Shown here one piece after another: positions 25,923 to 28,044 of a stretch of 28,044 nt of DNA. Source of the DNA: an uncultured archaeon. GTDB taxonomy: Archaea > Asgardarchaeota > Heimdallarchaeia > Heimdallarchaeales > Kariarchaeaceae. Where the stretch lies: NCBI GenBank assembly GCA_964645535.1, contig CAZYCQ010000046.1:1-28044 (forward strand), written 5' to 3'. Every line of letters starts with the position of its first letter. The stretch's first letter is position 1. A program made the translations under genes and the position numbers. The notes under the pieces were generated by a model. That model had not been told where the DNA came from. It saw only the letters and a list, made by a program, of their open reading frames with translations, and did no database searches.

Positions 25923-26020
25923 ACGAAGCATTTAGAGTACATTGTCTACATTCAACACATACAATGCACACACCCAACAGATCATGAACCACCACCACAC
26001 CACACCCGTCACCGACATTC

Positions 26021-26031
26021 AAAGTTTTATA
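26021..26031 (+). promoter_or_regulatory. Candidate BRE/TATA promoter of guaB
   Basis: AAAG-TTTTATA about 30 nt upstream of ATG 26061. Confidence 0.45.
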
Positions 26032-26060
26032 CCGAAACACAAAACGCAACATGACCCCCA

Positions 26061-27494
26061 ATGAAGGAAATACGACTCGGATTAACCTTCCAGGACGTCC
26101 TCCTCGTCCCCAAATACAGCAAGGTGTCCACAAGAAAACAGGTCGACGTATCCACAAACCTGACCAAAAAAATCAGGATGCACATCCCAATTGTCGCATC
26201 CAACATGGACACCGTCTGCGAAGCCGAAATGGCAATCCACATGGCAAGAATGGGAGGAATAGGAATCATCCATAGATTCCTCCCAATCGAGGATCAGGCA
26301 AAAGAGGTGGAAAAGGTCAAAAGGGCTGAATCAATCATCATCGAACGCCCATACACCACAACACCCACCGCCACGGTCAAAGAAGCAACCGAAATCATGC
26401 ACCTACACAATGTGTCAGGACTTATCGTCACCCAAAACAATAAGGTACAGGGAATCCTGACAGAACGGGACATCCAATTCGCAACCCCCGATACAAAGGT
26501 AGCAAAAGTCATGACACCCAAGGAAAGATTGGTCACCGCCCCACCGACCATCTCCATCGAAGAAGCACAGGACATAATGTACCAGAAAAGAGTCGAAAAA
26601 CTGCCCTTGGTCGATTCCAACAACGTATTGCAAGGACTCATTACAGTACAGGACATCCTCAAGAAAAAGGAGAACCCCATTTCAACCAAGGACAAAAAAG
26701 GAAGGTTGGCTACAGGAGCGGCTGTCGGAGTAAAGGGAGATTTCCTGAAACGAACCGAGGCACTTATTGAGGTGGGAACCGACGTCATCGTTGTAGACAT
26801 AGCCCACGGCCATTCCGAATTGGCAATAAACACCGTCAAGAAAATCAAGAAGAACTATGACATTGAAGTCATTGCAGGCAATGTGGCCACAAAAGAAGGT
26901 ACGGCCGACCTAATTGCCGCAGGAGCGGACGGCATCAAGGTTGGGGTCGGACCAGGAAGCATCTGCATCACAAGGATCGTTGCAGGTGCAGGAGTACCAC
27001 AACTCACCGCCATTTGGGATTCCGCAGAAGCAGCACGACCCCAAGGAGTACCGATTATCGCAGACGGAGGTATCCGAACTTCAGGAGACGTTACAAAAGC
27101 ACTCATGGCAGGAGCCGACAGCGTAATGATCGGATCCCTTTTGGCAGGAACAACTGAGAGCCCAGGTCTCCCAATACTTAGAAATGGTAAACGATACAAG
27201 GTAATACGGGGTATGGCATCCCTAGGAGCAACCCTCGGCAGAGAGGCCAAAGAGAAAAAGGGATCATTCGATGAATCGGATGTGGAAGGAGTGGTTCCTG
27301 AAGGAGTTGAAGCACTCGTCCCGTTCAAGGGAACCGCAAAGGATGTCGTTAACCAATTAGTCGGAGGATTGAAATCCGGAATTTCATATTGCGGCGGACT
27401 CTCAATCGAGGAAGCCAGAAAAAATGCAGAATTCATCAGGATCACCCCGGCAGGCTTCAAGGAAAGTAAGCCCCATGATGTCGAGGTCGTGTGA
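26061..27494 (+). CDS. guaB: Inosine-5'-monophosphate dehydrogenase with tandem CBS domains
   Basis: LTFQDVLLVP, MDTV, GG.GIIH, CBS pair, DIAHGHS, AGNVAT, KVGVGPGSICITR (catalytic Cys), IADGGIR.SGD, RGMAS, PEGVE. Confidence 0.98.
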   Translation: MKEIRLGLTFQDVLLVPKYSKVSTRKQVDVSTNLTKKIRMHIPIVASNMDTVCEAEMAIHMARMGGIGIIHRFLPIEDQAKEVEKVKRAESIIIERPYTTTPTATVKEATEIMHLHNVSGLIVTQNNKVQGILTERDIQFATPDTKVAKVMTPKERLVTAPPTISIEEAQDIMYQKRVEKLPLVDSNNVLQGLITVQDILKKKENPISTKDKKGRLATGAAVGVKGDFLKRTEALIEVGTDVIVVDIAHGHSELAINTVKKIKKNYDIEVIAGNVATKEGTADLIAAGADGIKVGVGPGSICITRIVAGAGVPQLTAIWDSAEAARPQGVPIIADGGIRTSGDVTKALMAGADSVMIGSLLAGTTESPGLPILRNGKRYKVIRGMASLGATLGREAKEKKGSFDESDVEGVVPEGVEALVPFKGTAKDVVNQLVGGLKSGISYCGGLSIEEARKNAEFIRITPAGFKESKPHDVEVV

Positions 27495-27541
27495 TTTCCC
27501 CCAATAATAAAGAATAAAACAAAGACCATTCAAATACCCTC

Positions 27542-28012
27542 ATGAAACTGAAAAAAGGTGATGTCGCACCTAATTTCAAAATTCCTGACGAAAAAAGGGA
27601 ACTTCATCAAATCCCGGGAAAAAAAATCGTTTTCTTTTTCCCAAAGGCATTCACCCCAGGATGCACCAAAGAGGCATGTTCAATCCAAGACACTCACTCG
27701 GATCTGCAGATGCACGGGATTGAAACCATCATCGGCATTTCAATGGATGATGAAAAGACACTACAAAAGTTTAAGGAAAGATACAATCTCACCTATTCGT
27801 TGGTTTCAGACAAAAGTGGAGAAATTTCCAAAGCCTATGGGGTTTTCAAGAACTTTTTGCTTGCCAAAATGTCGGATCGGACTACCTTTATTATCGGAGA
27901 TGACAACAAAATTTTGGAGGTATTGGAATTGGGAATACGAGGAGGCAAATCCGCCAAAGGATTGGATCACCATGGCGAAGAGATATTGAATCTTCTTGAA
28001 GACCTCCATTGA
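27542..28012 (+). CDS. bcp: Peroxiredoxin, Bcp/PrxQ subfamily
   Basis: GD.AP.F, FFPKAFTPGCTKEAC (PxxxTxxC plus resolving Cys), GISMD, L.SD, R.TFII. Confidence 0.93.
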   Translation: MKLKKGDVAPNFKIPDEKRELHQIPGKKIVFFFPKAFTPGCTKEACSIQDTHSDLQMHGIETIIGISMDDEKTLQKFKERYNLTYSLVSDKSGEISKAYGVFKNFLLAKMSDRTTFIIGDDNKILEVLELGIRGGKSAKGLDHHGEEILNLLEDLH

Positions 28013-28044
28013 ATCAGAATTATCGATATTTTCGAAACATCACC

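Noticed and set aside
25549-26157. ORFs 25700..25987 (+), 25549..25872 (-) and 25891..26157 (-), rich in Q/T/I/H or C/V
   Set aside because: These are translations of the low-complexity ATAC tract and overlap yjjX or guaB; no protein-like features
26294-27529. Long antisense ORFs (184 and 224 aa) opposite guaB
   Set aside because: Codon-aligned shadow ORFs of a conserved gene; the same applies to 12695..13249, 20282..20803, 22511..23077 and similar

Overview
A compact archaeal chromosomal segment with about 27 CDSs and no rRNA, tRNA, CRISPR array or transposase. TATA-like boxes about 25-30 nt before start codons, longin-like domains, an AN1 zinc finger and a CTERM-type sorting tail suggest an Asgard archaeon, probably Heimdallarchaeia (inferred from gene content only). 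Recognisable genes: DUF1786, a MutY-like glycosylase without the Fe-S cluster, MOP flippase, YgjP/M48 hydrolase, MazG-like pyrophosphatase, VKOR plus membrane-anchored thioredoxin, AN1-M50 protease, LLM/F420 oxidoreductase, surE, CDF transporter, Cys-nucleophile alpha/beta hydrolase, AIM24, PQQ sugar dehydrogenase, LigB/Memo-like protein, yjjX, guaB and bcp. The most striking signal is five uncharacterised proteins with the same architecture: about 7 transmembrane helices followed by a 110-155 aa cytoplasmic domain with a longin/uDENN-like pattern. Four form two tandem paralog pairs, which suggests heterodimeric membrane receptors that regulate small GTPases. One pair lies in a co-oriented run with a COG2433-RIO kinase fusion, a candidate K-turn RNA and two Yip1-family genes. 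Also seen: an ATAC-repeat, G-free tract upstream of guaB and a strand-skew gradient across the window. All family calls come from motifs recognised by eye; no searches were run.
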